A stretch of DNA of 64,000 bases from Longimicrobiales bacterium (GTDB lineage: Bacteria; Gemmatimonadota; Gemmatimonadetes; Longimicrobiales; Gaopeijiaceae). The stretch spans positions 416,001-480,000 of the forward strand of contig CBDCNQ010000002.1 in assembly GCA_965219445.1 (NCBI GenBank). Reading direction: 5' to 3'. How positions within the stretch are numbered: the first letter of the stretch is position 1; the number at the start of each line of letters is the position of its first letter. A model generated the notes under the pieces. The model searched no databases, was not told the DNA's origin, and was given only the letters and a program-made list of their open reading frames with translations. This document shows, piece by piece, positions 10,483 through 21,943 of the stretch. The position numbers were made by a program, and so were the translations under genes.

Positions 10483-10642
10483 CGTGTTGGACGGCTTGAA
10501 AAGTGTCCGGCCCGCTGGGACGAAAGCCCACACGGCGGGTAGACAAGATGATTGGTCGCGCGGAAGTATCCCGAGTTCGGCTTGGAGGTCGTGTCGTCGG
10601 GGTCGGACATCTGAATGAATTTATGAGGTCAGGGACTCTATA

Positions 10643-11197
10643 GTGTTTATCAGTAGGCGTTTATGTGTGCAGATTTTGGCCGTCGGGCTCCTGTCGACGG
10701 CGTGCACGGAAGAACCCCCCAGGATGGTGGTCGATCCGGACCTGGAAGCCATGCAGGCCGACTACATCCTCTTCGGACTCACGGATAATGTGACCCGCGA
10801 GGGGATACGGGAGTTTGTCCTGGAGGCAGACACGGCCCTGGTTTTTCAAGACTCCACGATAGTCCTGCTTCGCGGAAACGTGACGTTGACGGCATACAAC
10901 GAGGAGCTCGGCACCGAGAAGGCGGTCGTGACCTCCGACCGGGGCCGGCTGGACAAGGGCTCGAACGAAATGTTGGCCGAAGGAAATGCGGTCCTGCTCA
11001 TCCGAGCGGATGGCCGGAGAATCGAGAGTTACGAGCTACGGTACTCGCCTTATGACCGATCGATCCGAAGCGACTCCGCCGTGGTGATGTACGACGGGGA
11101 CGACGTGGTGGAGGGCACGCGCTTCAACTCGGACCTGGACTTTGAGCAGGTCATCATTCAGAACGCTCGCACGCACGGAGGGACGGTCCGCTTCTGA
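10643..11197 (+). CDS. lptC: LPS export periplasmic protein LptC
   Basis: Lipoprotein-like signal, beta-rich jellyroll-type sequence, position before lptA/lptB. Confidence 0.75.
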   Translation: MFISRRLCVQILAVGLLSTACTEEPPRMVVDPDLEAMQADYILFGLTDNVTREGIREFVLEADTALVFQDSTIVLLRGNVTLTAYNEELGTEKAVVTSDRGRLDKGSNEMLAEGNAVLLIRADGRRIESYELRYSPYDRSIRSDSAVVMYDGDDVVEGTRFNSDLDFEQVIIQNARTHGGTVRF

Positions 11198-12798
11198 TGT
11201 CCAGCCGGGCCCTTCGCCTCCCTCTGGTGGGTCTCGCCGTTCTGTTCACGGGGATGGAGGCGGCCGGGCAGGAGGCGTCCTGTGACCTCAGCAGTTCACG
11301 TCGGGTCGTATCGACCCAGACGAATCAGGCGCGCGTCAGCTATGTCACCTCTCCCCGATTCGATTGTACCGACGGCACGGGCATCGAAGCGGACAGTTCT
11401 GTCACGTTCGAGGCCACGTCCTTCACCCAGCTCTTCGGCAACGTGATATTCCGAGACGGGCGAAGGGAATTGCTTGCCGACCGGGCACAGTACTTCAACC
11501 TCGTGGGCCGTCTCCAAGCTCAGGGCAACGTTCGGCTGACGAACTACGAGGACGGTTCCTCGCTGGCCGGCGAGGATCTCGTCCTTCTCCAAGAGGGCGA
11601 CGATCGAGCCGAGGAGGTCGTGACTGTGCGGGAGGGCCGGCCTCACGCCCGCCTCGTTCCAAAGGTGGCCCCGGACTCGACGACCATGGAGGGCTCGCCC
11701 GGGACCTCTCAACCGGAGAGGGTGGAGGGTGCGGCGCCTTACGAGGTCGATGCGGACCTGATCCACTTGGTGGGCGATCGCCTGTTCCAGGCACGGGGAC
11801 GCGTGGAGGTCACTCACGAATCCTTGCAGTCATACGGCGATTCGTTGGAATTTCAACAGGACATCGGGTGGCTGACGTTCTTCGACAACGCACGTGTTCT
11901 TTCTCAGGATACGGTGTCGGGGGACACACTGGACGTTCGAGGAGACACGATCACGATGGACGTGCCCGGCGATCAGATAGAGGAGATGGAAGCACGAGGC
12001 CGTGCACAGCTGCTGGCCGAGAACGTGGATATGCGAGGACCGAGGATTCGCCTCGTCTTCGAAGACGACGAGTTGGCACGGGTGTTCGCCGTTCGAGGGG
12101 CCGCCGAAGAGGCTCCCGCTCCTGTGATCGGGGGGCCGGACCAAACCCCTTCGCCTGCCAATCCGGTCCAGCCCCAGGCGGTGGCCCAGGACTTTGTCCT
12201 GACCGGTGACTCCATCGAGGCCGACTTCCTGGAGGGCGGGTTGGAGCGGGTAGTCTCCACTGGGGCCGCCCGCGGCGTATCGACCGCAAGGGACTCACTC
12301 AACACGGATGCCACTGACGAGCTGATCCGGTCCGACTGGATCGAGGGCGACACCATCACGGCGACCTTCCAACCGGCTTCGGCGGATCCCGGTGATCCCC
12401 CCACAGATGGACCGGAGGACGCAGAGCCGCGGAGGCGGGAGATGGACCTGCTTGTCGCGCGTGGTCAGGCGCGTAGCTTTTACCGGTCGGCCCCGGATTC
12501 GGCGGCCGCGGGCGTAGAAACAGGACCTCGGGCGCTCGAGCTCAACTACGTCATCGGCGATGAGGTGCGTCTCTACATGAAGGATGGCGAGGTCGAGCGA
12601 ATGGAGGTGGACGATCCTACGGGAGTCTACCTGCAGCCGACACGCCAAGGGGCACCGGCGGCCCAGCCCCCCGATTCGGTGGGCGCGACTCCTGGATCCT
12701 CGGGGGCGGATGACGCACCTCCCGCAGCCCCCGCGGCGGATGATGTGCCGCCAGCGGGCGGCGATGGGCCACCGGGTGGGAATGGAAGTACACGGTGA
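11197..12798 (+). CDS. Extended OstA/LptA-like beta-jellyroll protein
   Basis: Signal peptide, repeated A-x-GNV/GDTI strands, lies between lptC and lptB; Pro/Ala-rich tail. Confidence 0.7.
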   Translation: MSSRALRLPLVGLAVLFTGMEAAGQEASCDLSSSRRVVSTQTNQARVSYVTSPRFDCTDGTGIEADSSVTFEATSFTQLFGNVIFRDGRRELLADRAQYFNLVGRLQAQGNVRLTNYEDGSSLAGEDLVLLQEGDDRAEEVVTVREGRPHARLVPKVAPDSTTMEGSPGTSQPERVEGAAPYEVDADLIHLVGDRLFQARGRVEVTHESLQSYGDSLEFQQDIGWLTFFDNARVLSQDTVSGDTLDVRGDTITMDVPGDQIEEMEARGRAQLLAENVDMRGPRIRLVFEDDELARVFAVRGAAEEAPAPVIGGPDQTPSPANPVQPQAVAQDFVLTGDSIEADFLEGGLERVVSTGAARGVSTARDSLNTDATDELIRSDWIEGDTITATFQPASADPGDPPTDGPEDAEPRRREMDLLVARGQARSFYRSAPDSAAAGVETGPRALELNYVIGDEVRLYMKDGEVERMEVDDPTGVYLQPTRQGAPAAQPPDSVGATPGSSGADDAPPAAPAADDVPPAGGDGPPGGNGSTR

Positions 12799-13649
12799 GT
12801 GACCTCGTCTCGGGACCCGAGCCGGAGGAGGGTATCGAGGGGCTATCGTCACCGGCCGGGCCTGCTACGGACCTCGAGGTGCCGAGCCGCCTCTGGGGTG
12901 AGTCCCTGACGAAGGTTTACCGGAAGCGGCGCGTCGTGGACGATATCGCCATCTCCGTGACCCAGGGTGAGATCGTCGGCTTGTTGGGTCCGAACGGAGC
13001 AGGGAAAACCACCACGTTTTACATGATCGTGGGACTGATTCCGCCCGATCGCGGCCAAGTATTCCTCGACGAAGAAGACTTGACCGATGTCCCGATGTAC
13101 CGGCGAGCTCGTAAGGGCTTGGGGTATTTGGCCCAGGAACCCTCCGTCTTCAGGAAGCTCACGGTCGAACAAAATGTGAAGGCGATCTTGGAAACCATGA
13201 ACCTCTCCAAGGAGGAGGAAGCGGCACGCCTCGAGCAATTACTGGAAGAGCTTTCCCTCACCGCCCTACGAGGGAACAGGGCGTATTCGCTTTCGGGAGG
13301 GGAGCGAAGACGTCTCGAGATCACCCGGGCCCTAGTGCAGCAGCCCAAATTCATGCTTCTGGACGAGCCATTTGCTGGCATCGACCCCATCGCGGTTCAC
13401 GACATCCAGGACATCGTGGGCTCCCTCAAGGGACGGGGCATAGGCGTCATCATCTCCGACCACAATGTTGAACAAACCCTGGAGATCGTCGATCGTGCGT
13501 ACATTATGTATGAGGGGCAGATTCGCATCAGTGGCACTGTTTCCGAACTGGTGTGGGACGACGAGGTGGCAAGAATCTACCTGGGCCCCGCGCTGACCGA
13601 GCGAATGAGGGGCCGGTTCGGGAGGCATCGCGGTGGAGAGGCGGTGTAG
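12795..13649 (+). CDS. lptB: LPS export ABC ATPase
   Basis: [37 protein letters not shown]. Confidence 0.96.
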   Translation: MSDLVSGPEPEEGIEGLSSPAGPATDLEVPSRLWGESLTKVYRKRRVVDDIAISVTQGEIVGLLGPNGAGKTTTFYMIVGLIPPDRGQVFLDEEDLTDVPMYRRARKGLGYLAQEPSVFRKLTVEQNVKAILETMNLSKEEEAARLEQLLEELSLTALRGNRAYSLSGGERRRLEITRALVQQPKFMLLDEPFAGIDPIAVHDIQDIVGSLKGRGIGVIISDHNVEQTLEIVDRAYIMYEGQIRISGTVSELVWDDEVARIYLGPALTERMRGRFGRHRGGEAV

Positions 13650-13696
13650 CGGCATAGGTTCCAGGCATAAGGGAGTTCAGGGCAACCGAAAATTTC

Positions 13697-15193
13697 ATGA
13701 GCGGATTCAGCACCAAGCTCTACCAGAGCCAGCAGCTCCGCCAGGAGATGAAGATCAATCCACGCCTGTATCAGGCGATGGAGTTGCTCTATATGCCCCT
13801 ACTCGACCTGCAACAGCATCTCAAGGGGGAGTTGGAGGAAAATCCGTTCCTCGAGATGACCGAGGCGGACGTCGAGGATGAGGTAGAACTCAAGGAAGAG
13901 GGCAAAGACGATCCGCCCGATGACGAGATCGACTGGGAAGCGATCCTTCTGGACGGTTTCGAGGTGGGTGGGCGTCGCGAGCAGTTCGAGCCGGTGGAGC
14001 TGTATCAACGAGCACCCGTCGAGACGACGGATCTCCGGGATCACCTTTACGGCCAACTCCGGCTCCTTGACCTCACCGAGCGTGAGGCGCGCCTCGGAGA
14101 GGAGATCATTGGGAACGTAAACGACGCCGGTACGTTGACGTGCGAACTCGATGACGTCGTGAAGGGGGTGAATGCGTGGTTGGAGGATGTGCGTCCGACT
14201 GCGCAGAAAGAGATCGACGCCCTCGATGACTCGGAGGAGGCCCAGGCGGAGTTGGATGCGATGTTCGAGCCGTACAGCCTGCCCGAGGCGGAGGCGATGC
14301 TCAGAAAGGTTCAGGCCTTCGATCCGCCGGGCGTAGCCGGGCGAGATCTTCGGGAATCTATCCTGATTCAGCTGCGGATTCTTGGGAGGTGCGAATCGCT
14401 AACTTATGAGATCGCCGAGAGCCACTTCGACGATCTGGTCAACCATCGCTGGGCCGAGGTTGCGAGAGAGCTGAGCCTCAAGCCCCTTGACATCCAGAGC
14501 GTAGCCGACGAGATCGCCAAGCTCGATCCCAAGCCCGGTATGAAGTATTCGGCGGACCCCGAGCGATACATCGTGCCCGATCTGATCGTCGAAAAAATTG
14601 ACGGCGAGTACATGGTTTTCGTCAACGACACGAGCCTCCCCCGGCTCCGGATCGCGCAGTCCTACCAGGGCTTGGTGCAGAACAAGGCGCTCTTCAAGGG
14701 CGAAAACAAGGAATTCATCTCGAGAAAGCTCAACTCGGCGAACTGGATCATTCAGGCGATCGAACAGCGGCGCCAGACGATGTTGAAGGTCATGGCGTTC
14801 ATCGTCGACCGGCAGCGTGAGTTCTTCGAGCATGGTGTCCAGCATTTGAGACCGCTGACGCTCCGGGAAGTCGCCGATCACATCGAGATGCATGAGTCGA
14901 CCGTGTCGAGGGTCACGAATGAAAAATTCGTGCAGACTCCGCGCGGGGTGTTTCCGCTGAAATACTTCTTTTCGAGTGGCTTGGCGACGACCAGCGGCGA
15001 AGACATCTCAGCGAGGGGAGTCCGGGACAAAATCCAGAAGCTCGTCGAAGAAGAAGATGTCCATAAGCCCCTGACGGACCAGAAGCTCGTTGAACTGCTC
15101 AAGACCGACGGAGTCAAGATCGCACGAAGAACGGTCGCGAAGTACCGGGATCAGCTCGGTCTTCTTCCCGCCCGTATGCGAAAGCGGGTTTGA
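13697..15193 (+). CDS. rpoN: RNA polymerase sigma-54 factor
   Basis: Gln/Leu-rich region I, HESTVSR helix-turn-helix, RpoN box ARRTVAKYR. Confidence 0.98.
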   Translation: MSGFSTKLYQSQQLRQEMKINPRLYQAMELLYMPLLDLQQHLKGELEENPFLEMTEADVEDEVELKEEGKDDPPDDEIDWEAILLDGFEVGGRREQFEPVELYQRAPVETTDLRDHLYGQLRLLDLTEREARLGEEIIGNVNDAGTLTCELDDVVKGVNAWLEDVRPTAQKEIDALDDSEEAQAELDAMFEPYSLPEAEAMLRKVQAFDPPGVAGRDLRESILIQLRILGRCESLTYEIAESHFDDLVNHRWAEVARELSLKPLDIQSVADEIAKLDPKPGMKYSADPERYIVPDLIVEKIDGEYMVFVNDTSLPRLRIAQSYQGLVQNKALFKGENKEFISRKLNSANWIIQAIEQRRQTMLKVMAFIVDRQREFFEHGVQHLRPLTLREVADHIEMHESTVSRVTNEKFVQTPRGVFPLKYFFSSGLATTSGEDISARGVRDKIQKLVEEEDVHKPLTDQKLVELLKTDGVKIARRTVAKYRDQLGLLPARMRKRV

Positions 15194-16155
15194 TGGAGCT
15201 GTCGGCTCTGGCGCGTGAAGCCGCTGGGGGCCTGACCGCTGAGGCTCGACGTGACTTTGCGCTCGTCATCCCGGCTTTCAACGAGGCTCCCGTCGTTCCG
15301 GCGCTGATCTCCGAACTCCGTGCCGCGTTCGAATGCCACGATCTGAGTGGCGAAATCGTGTTCGTGGATGATGGCTCCACGGACGGGACCGCTGATCTAG
15401 TGGAAAAGGAAGCCAGGGGCTGGCCTCTCTTGAAGGTCGTGGGCCATCCGACGAACCTCGGTAAGACCGAGGCGATTCTCACCGCGGCCCGCTCCACGGA
15501 GCGGACCTATCTCGTTCTGTTCGACGCGGATCTCCAGCACCTGCCCGACCAGATTCCGCGCTTTCTCGAGAGGCTCCACGCCGGATGGGATATCGTGACT
15601 GGGCGAAAAATCGGGTCTTACGACAAGCGGGTGGTCTCATCGTTCTACAATGCGCTGAGCCGTCGGATTTTCCGAGTTCCCGTGTCGGACCTGAACTCGA
15701 TGAAGGGATTTCGGCGAGACATTCTAAAGGAGATGTCCCTGAGACACGACTGGCATCGTTTTTTCGTCGTGCTCGCTCATGCCCGTGGGTATTCGGTGAG
15801 TGAGATCGACATCGAGCTTCATCCCCGCCGGGCGGGGGCCTCGAAGTACACGGGGCTGTTCCGAATCGGGGTCGGCGTCGTCGACCTGATTTCGGTGTGG
15901 TTCCTGCTCCTGTTTTCCCGAAAGCCGTTGATCCTCTTTGGGTTCAGTGGAATGGCGCTGATCACTCTGGGCATGATCGTCGGTGCGGTGGCATTCTACC
16001 TTCGCTTTGTAGAGGGCCTCGGCTTCAGACCACTTCTTTACCTTGTGATCCTTCTCGAGACCGTGGGATTCCTGCTGTTCGGTTTCGGGTTGGTCGCGGA
16101 GATGATCGCTCAATTGAGAGAAGAGGTGGACTCCCTCAGGCGCGGGGATCGTTGA
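15193..16155 (+). CDS. GT2 glycosyltransferase, ArnC/GtrB-like with two C-terminal TM helices
   Basis: VIPAFNEA, VDDGSTDGT, DADLQ, HRF. Confidence 0.9.
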   Translation: MELSALAREAAGGLTAEARRDFALVIPAFNEAPVVPALISELRAAFECHDLSGEIVFVDDGSTDGTADLVEKEARGWPLLKVVGHPTNLGKTEAILTAARSTERTYLVLFDADLQHLPDQIPRFLERLHAGWDIVTGRKIGSYDKRVVSSFYNALSRRIFRVPVSDLNSMKGFRRDILKEMSLRHDWHRFFVVLAHARGYSVSEIDIELHPRRAGASKYTGLFRIGVGVVDLISVWFLLLFSRKPLILFGFSGMALITLGMIVGAVAFYLRFVEGLGFRPLLYLVILLETVGFLLFGFGLVAEMIAQLREEVDSLRRGDR

Positions 16156-17324
16156 CGACTTCCAAAAACTCTCCGCCTCGTATCCTGGTGGTGGTCGGAA
16201 CCCGGCCCGAGGCCATCAAAATGGCCCCCGTGGTGGCGGCTCTGAGGCAGAGGCCGAGCTTGGAGAGTCGGCTGGTGCTCACGGGCCAGCACGGAGGTCT
16301 CGTAGACCAGATTCTCGATGCCCTCGATCTCCGTCCCGACTACGATCTGGGGATCATGCAGGAGGGGCAAAGCCTCTACGACGTCGCTCAGGGGTGTCTT
16401 CAGGAGCTCAGCGGTGTGGTGGGGGAGTACCGGCCCGACCTGCTTCTTGCTCAGGGAGACACCGCGACAGTGTTCTTTTCGTCCCTCGTGGCGTTCTTCG
16501 AGAAGACCCGGGTGGGGCACGTCGAGGCCGGGCTCCGTTCCGGTGATAAGTGGGCGCCGTTTCCCGAGGAGATCTTTAGGCGTCTTACGGATGTCATCAC
16601 CGATCTCCACTTCGCTCCGACGTACGCGGCTCGTGCCAAGCTCTTGGCCGAAGGATTCGAGCCCTCATATGTCTACGTCACGGGGAACACGGTCGTGGAT
16701 TCCCTAATGCGGATGGCGTCTATGGAGGAGAAGGCGGAAGCGCCGCTCTTGAGGTCGATCTTGGAGGACAAGCGCAGTCGGCTCGTACTGTTGACTGCAC
16801 ATCGGAGGGAATCCTTCGGCCACCCGCTCAGGGACATATTCCACGGCGTCCGGAGACTGGTCGACGAGCACGACGACGTCCGCCTGCTCTATCCGGTCCA
16901 TCCGAATCCCAACGTGGTCGAGCCTGCGCAAGAATTGCTCAGCGACCATCCTCGGATCGATCTGGTCGAGCCCCTGGGCTACAAGGACCTGGTCTTGGCG
17001 CTGAAAGGCGCGCATCTGGTATTGACGGATTCCGGTGGAATCCAGGAGGAGGCGCCGACGTTCGGGACGCCGGTACTCGTACTCAGGAGGGTCACCGAAC
17101 GGCCGGAAGGTGTCGAGGCGGGTGTCGCCGTCCTGGTCGGAACCGATTCGGAAAAGATCCTCGAGGAGGGTAGCCGAATCCTCTCGGGAGGTCACGACGA
17201 AGCGCTGCCCGCGTCGTTCCCCAACCCGTATGGTGACGGTAGGGCAGGGGAGCGGATCGTGGACATCGTATCGTCGGTGCTCATGGGGACTTCGCGTGCG
17301 ACGGTGGACTGGGCCGGGCCATGA
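16152..17324 (+). CDS. wecB: UDP-N-acetylglucosamine 2-epimerase (non-hydrolysing)
   Basis: GTRPEAIKMAP, GDT, HVEAGLRS, TDSGGIQEEAP, NPYGDG; TTG start inferred. Confidence 0.95.
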   Translation: MTTSKNSPPRILVVVGTRPEAIKMAPVVAALRQRPSLESRLVLTGQHGGLVDQILDALDLRPDYDLGIMQEGQSLYDVAQGCLQELSGVVGEYRPDLLLAQGDTATVFFSSLVAFFEKTRVGHVEAGLRSGDKWAPFPEEIFRRLTDVITDLHFAPTYAARAKLLAEGFEPSYVYVTGNTVVDSLMRMASMEEKAEAPLLRSILEDKRSRLVLLTAHRRESFGHPLRDIFHGVRRLVDEHDDVRLLYPVHPNPNVVEPAQELLSDHPRIDLVEPLGYKDLVLALKGAHLVLTDSGGIQEEAPTFGTPVLVLRRVTERPEGVEAGVAVLVGTDSEKILEEGSRILSGGHDEALPASFPNPYGDGRAGERIVDIVSSVLMGTSRATVDWAGP

Positions 17325-17343
17325 ACGTGGACTGCGCTGAACG

Positions 17344-18486
17344 ATGAACGTGGCGATGCACTGCCTATACTTCCCTCCCGAAGTGGGCGGGCTGGAGAGC
17401 CATGTCTACTACCTCTGCAGGGGCCTCGTACGCAGTGGTTGTCGCGTGTCGGTCGTTACATCCCTTTCGAAACCGGGGCTGCCGGCTCACGAAGTCCTGG
17501 ACGGTATCGACGTCTGGAGGACCTGGCTGCCTGGGCGAAATTCGGTCGGATGGGCCGCGCACGGGGGGTGCTCAACACCGAGGCTGGCTTGGGTCGCTCA
17601 TAAGGCGGACGTGGTGCACGCGCAGGCCTTCCAGTCGGTGTCGCCCGGAGTCGTGGCCAAGACGGCCAATCGGATTCCTTTGGTCTCGACGTGGCACACC
17701 TCGCACTTCCTCACCAGAACGGACAGTCCCTTCTGGAGGCCGATCTTTAAGCGCCTTCTCAAGTGGTCCGACTACAACCTTGCCGCGAGTGCAGAGATCG
17801 CCGAGATGGCGGAAGGGCTCGCACCCGGCGTTTCGGTAGAGGCGCTGACCAATGGCGTGGAGACGGGCATTTTTCGCCGCTGTGAGCCATCGCTCCCTGC
17901 CACGAAGCGTCGCCGGGTCATCGTGCCGAGGCGCCTCTTCGAGAAGAATGGTGTCGAATTCTTCCTTCGGGCGATGCCGTTGATCGCCGAGCGGGTGAAT
18001 GTCGAAGCCGTGATCGTCGGGGATGGGCCTGAGCGAGAGAACCTCGAAGTGTTGGTGGCCAGCCTTGAATTGGGGGACCGCGTCGAGTTCCTGGGCCAGC
18101 GCAGCCATGACGCGATGCCGGGCCTCTTGAGTTCCGCGGAGTTGGCCGTGTTTCCATCCCTGATGGAAGCCACGTCCGTAGCGGCTCTCGAGTCGATGGC
18201 GTGCGAGTTGCCCGTTGCTGCTTCGAACGTGGGCGGACTACCCGAGATTATCAACGGCGAAGTGGGGGCGCTCTTCGAGGCGGGCAACCCCACGGCACTC
18301 GCTGCCGCCGTAACCTCACTTTTCGAACGCGACGACCTCCGAGCGCTGGGTGCGGCGGCCCGATCCAGGGTGGTGGAGCGATGGAGCAACGCTCGCCTCG
18401 TGGAGCGGCATCTGGAAGTGTACCAGGGTCTCATTGGCAGGGGACGGAAGCACGTAGGACACCCTTCAGGGGAGAGCGGAAGCTAG
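17344..18486 (+). CDS. GT4 glycosyltransferase
   Basis: PEVGGLE, VFPSLMEATSVAALESMAC..PV.ASNVGGLPEII. Confidence 0.9.
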   Translation: MNVAMHCLYFPPEVGGLESHVYYLCRGLVRSGCRVSVVTSLSKPGLPAHEVLDGIDVWRTWLPGRNSVGWAAHGGCSTPRLAWVAHKADVVHAQAFQSVSPGVVAKTANRIPLVSTWHTSHFLTRTDSPFWRPIFKRLLKWSDYNLAASAEIAEMAEGLAPGVSVEALTNGVETGIFRRCEPSLPATKRRRVIVPRRLFEKNGVEFFLRAMPLIAERVNVEAVIVGDGPERENLEVLVASLELGDRVEFLGQRSHDAMPGLLSSAELAVFPSLMEATSVAALESMACELPVAASNVGGLPEIINGEVGALFEAGNPTALAAAVTSLFERDDLRALGAAARSRVVERWSNARLVERHLEVYQGLIGRGRKHVGHPSGESGS

Positions 18487-20999
18487 TGGCGAAGAGAAAG
18501 AAAGCCACGCAGAAGTTGAAACGGGTCGAGGCGACGTCCTCTTCCGCTCAGGGCGTCCAGATTCCCCCGTGGGTGCCGGCGGTCCTCTACGGAGTTGTCA
18601 CGCTCTTTCTCTTCCGTGAATTCGTGTTCTCGCGAGACATGCTTTTTGGCACCGACACGTTGGCGCTCGGATACATGGCTCGGGAGTTTTACGCGAGCGC
18701 GATGTCGGGTGAAGGATTTCCGCTCTGGAATCCCATCATTCTGGGTGGGACGCCCTTTGTGGAGTCGCTCGCCGGCGGGGATTCACTCTACCCGCCGAGC
18801 ACCCTTCTCCTTTTGCTTCTGGATCCATATCGGGCCCTGGGGTGGAAGCTGGTGCTCCACTTTTTCCTCGCTGGAATCTTCATGTACGGTTGGATCCGCC
18901 GTCTCGGATTATCGAAGCCCTCGGCTCTCCTGGCTGGGCTGGCCTACGGATTGGCTCCGTTCATGGTCACGCTCGTCCTGGGAGGACAGGACGGCAAGAT
19001 CTTCGTAGTCGCGCTGACGCCACTCCTCTTTTGGGTTACTGAATCGTTCCTCGTCCGCGGTGGCATGAAATCGGTCGCCCTCGTGTCGTTGGTGGTCGGT
19101 GCGGTCATGCTCACGACGCACTTCCAGATGGCCTACTTCCTGTTCGGTGGTGTGGGGGCCTACGTCCTCTTCCGAACCGTGCTGATCCGGCGTGCGGGCC
19201 GGGACGAGGATGCTGGGGCCGGCGCCTCCCGAGTCGCCCTCACCCGCTTTGCGGTCTTCGTCGCGGCCGCTCTACTGGGTGCGGGGGTGGCGGCCGTCCA
19301 GTTCCTGCCGGCCGCCTCCTATGTCGTGGACCACTCGCGCCGGACGGCCACCACCACTGACGCGGGCGCTGAAGAATCCCGCGCGTACGCCAGTTCCTGG
19401 TCCCTCCACCCCGAGGAGGTAGTGGCGCTCGCCATCCCTGAGTTCGTCGGCGTCAGCTCCGCGAACGCGGATTGGGCTCGAGGAACGTACTGGGGACGAA
19501 ATCCGTTCAAGGGGAACCACGAATACGTCGGCCTCGTGGTTCTGCTTCTGGCGGGGGTCTCCTTCTTCGGAGGGGCTCGGCGGTCACTGAGGTTCTTTCT
19601 GTCGGGGCTCGGCGCCGTGGCGCTCCTTTTCGGCCTTGGCAGCCACACGCCGGTATGGCGTCTCTTCTATGAAATCGTACCAGGGATCGGACTCTTTCGA
19701 GCGCCTTCACTTGCCATCTTTCTCTTCGGTTTCTCGGTGGTGACGTTGATGGCCTTCGGTGTCGAGCGCCTCCTGGAGCTCGAGGAGGCAGGGAGTGAAG
19801 CAGACTGGACTCGGCCGGGGCGTTTCCTTTGGGTCGCCTCAGGCGTGCTCTTGATGGGATTCGTGCTCGTTGCTTCAGGCGGCCTCGGCGGATTGTGGAG
19901 CTTCACGCTCTATCGTGACATGCCGGAGCAGGCCGCACAGGTCCTCACCAACGCGCAGCCGTTCATCGAGCGTGGCTTCATGATTGCCGTGATCCTCGCC
20001 GCCGCGACGGCCGCCATCGCGTGGGGACTCAGAACGGCTCGACTCGCGTCGCTGGGGGCCGTAGTCGCATTGGGAACGCTCATCTCGTTGGACCTGATCC
20101 GCGTCGATATGCCGTTCATCCAGACCCAGGACTTCGCCCAGTTCCGAGCGCCGGACCCCAACATCGACTTTCTCCTGGAGCGACAGCGCGAGGGCGACCC
20201 GTTCCGCGTGTTTTCGCTCCGGGGGCTGAATGGGCAGGACGTCCGTCCCGGTATGTTCGGACTCGAACTGGCAGGCGGGCACCATCCGAATGACCTAGGA
20301 CGTTATCGGGAGCTCATCGGGATGGAGGGAAGTAACCTTCCGGTGAACCTGATCTCCAGCGCCAACGTTCTCCGCATGCTCAACGTGCGGTATGTCATTT
20401 GGCCGGATCAGGTTGGCGCTCCGGCGGACCAGAACTTGCCGGCGGACATCACCGACAACCTCCGCAGGATGAGTCAGACGACCATCCAGGGACGGCCCTA
20501 CGAGTCGGTGTGGGAGTTCTCGGACCTTCCGCGGGCTCGTCTCGTGGGCGACGTCGTGATCTTGCCGGACGACCAGGTTATGCCCCACATGCTTTCCGAC
20601 GACTTTGATCCCGCTCGACAGGTGGTGCTGTCGGATCCGCCTCCCATCGACCTCCCGGGTGGGGAAGTGGCGGGGAGTGTCGAGTGGGTGGAACGGAACA
20701 ACAATGACATGACACTCCGGGTGAGTGCCGACAGGCCGGCTGTCTTGGTCTTGGCCGACAACTGGTTCCCGGCATGGAGAGCACGGATCGGGGACGAAGA
20801 AGTCCCTGTACTGAGGGCGAATCACTCGCTGCGCGCTGTGCCGATATCGGCGGGCGAGCACACGGTGGAGTTCTACTACGAGTCCGACCAACTCACATGG
20901 AGTCTTCGACTCACGCTGCTCAGTCTGGCGGTGGTGGCTGGGTTGATTGCTATGGATGGGATCCTAGGCCGTCGGAGCGCGGAGCGCCGGGCCGAGTGA
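18486..20999 (+). CDS. YfhO-like multi-pass membrane protein (putative GT-C)
   Basis: PLWNP..LGG.PF, many TM helices, C-terminal LADNWFPAW...ANHSLRAV...GEHTVEF. Confidence 0.8.
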   Translation: MAKRKKATQKLKRVEATSSSAQGVQIPPWVPAVLYGVVTLFLFREFVFSRDMLFGTDTLALGYMAREFYASAMSGEGFPLWNPIILGGTPFVESLAGGDSLYPPSTLLLLLLDPYRALGWKLVLHFFLAGIFMYGWIRRLGLSKPSALLAGLAYGLAPFMVTLVLGGQDGKIFVVALTPLLFWVTESFLVRGGMKSVALVSLVVGAVMLTTHFQMAYFLFGGVGAYVLFRTVLIRRAGRDEDAGAGASRVALTRFAVFVAAALLGAGVAAVQFLPAASYVVDHSRRTATTTDAGAEESRAYASSWSLHPEEVVALAIPEFVGVSSANADWARGTYWGRNPFKGNHEYVGLVVLLLAGVSFFGGARRSLRFFLSGLGAVALLFGLGSHTPVWRLFYEIVPGIGLFRAPSLAIFLFGFSVVTLMAFGVERLLELEEAGSEADWTRPGRFLWVASGVLLMGFVLVASGGLGGLWSFTLYRDMPEQAAQVLTNAQPFIERGFMIAVILAAATAAIAWGLRTARLASLGAVVALGTLISLDLIRVDMPFIQTQDFAQFRAPDPNIDFLLERQREGDPFRVFSLRGLNGQDVRPGMFGLELAGGHHPNDLGRYRELIGMEGSNLPVNLISSANVLRMLNVRYVIWPDQVGAPADQNLPADITDNLRRMSQTTIQGRPYESVWEFSDLPRARLVGDVVILPDDQVMPHMLSDDFDPARQVVLSDPPPIDLPGGEVAGSVEWVERNNNDMTLRVSADRPAVLVLADNWFPAWRARIGDEEVPVLRANHSLRAVPISAGEHTVEFYYESDQLTWSLRLTLLSLAVVAGLIAMDGILGRRSAERRAE

Positions 21000-21943
21000 A
21001 GAGGTTCGGCCTTCGATTCCTCCAGGTCGGCCTGACCGTGGTCGTTACGTGGTTCATCTTCGATCGGATCGGGGTGGATCTCGCCCGGCTCGGGACGTTG
21101 AATCCTGACGAGTGGCGGCCCCGGCCGGGCCTCTTCTTGTCGTCATGTGTGGTTCTCGTTCTGGGTTATTTGTGGTCGGCCTCGATGTGGGGCCGGCTGG
21201 TGCGGGATTTGGGGGGGCCCAGTCTTCTCTTGGGGACCTCCGTCCGGGTGTTCATGGTGGCGAACCTGGGGCGCTATGTACCCGGAAAGGTTTGGCAGAT
21301 CGCCGGGCTCGCGTATCTGGCCAAGCGCGAAGGCGTCCAGGCGGGCGTGGCCACAGGCGCAGCGATTCTCGGGCAAGGGATCGCCATCTTGGCGGCCACT
21401 CTCGTGGGCATGGGAACGCTGTTCGGCGCCGACCAGTTCTGGCGGGAACTCGGATGGGTGGGGCTGATCGCTGGTATCGGAATCGCTCTGAGCATCATCG
21501 CCGCTGTCGTCATACGACCGGTCTTTCGCCGCGTCGTCGCGTTTTGGTTCCGACTCACGCGCACGGATCCTCCGGATAACGGCCTGGGGAGCGGAAACGC
21601 CGGTCTCCGCTGGTTGGCCCTCTACGTGGTGAATTGGGGGATCTACGCGACGGCTTTTTGGCTACTTTACCTGAGCTTCGGGGAGTGGCGGACGTTTCTG
21701 CAGGTGGGTCCGGCCTTCGCGGCCGCGTATGTGGCCGGGTATATCGCGGTTTTCGCGCCAGCGGGAGCCGGGATTCGGGAGGGGGTCTTGGTGGTCTTGC
21801 TCCAACCAATCATGGCGAGGGAAGCCGCGGTCGTACTCGCCGTCATCGCTCGTCTCTGGACGACCGTCGTAGAGCTGATCCCGGCAGCGATCTTTGCCGT
21901 GGGTTCGCAGCGATCCCAACAGACGGGGGACACAACGCCATGA
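20996..21943 (+). CDS. Lysylphosphatidylglycerol-synthase TM / flippase-like protein
   Basis: NLGRYVPGKVW, PAGAGIRE, ARLW. Confidence 0.8.
   Translation: MKRFGLRFLQVGLTVVVTWFIFDRIGVDLARLGTLNPDEWRPRPGLFLSSCVVLVLGYLWSASMWGRLVRDLGGPSLLLGTSVRVFMVANLGRYVPGKVWQIAGLAYLAKREGVQAGVATGAAILGQGIAILAATLVGMGTLFGADQFWRELGWVGLIAGIGIALSIIAAVVIRPVFRRVVAFWFRLTRTDPPDNGLGSGNAGLRWLALYVVNWGIYATAFWLLYLSFGEWRTFLQVGPAFAAAYVAGYIAVFAPAGAGIREGVLVVLLQPIMAREAAVVLAVIARLWTTVVELIPAAIFAVGSQRSQQTGDTTP

Noticed and set aside
10483..10642. Structured RNA or kdsD remnant between kdsC and lptC
   Set aside because: Only a modest GC hairpin (CCCGCTG...CGGCGGG) is present, with no recognisable RNA family or KdsD-like peptide.
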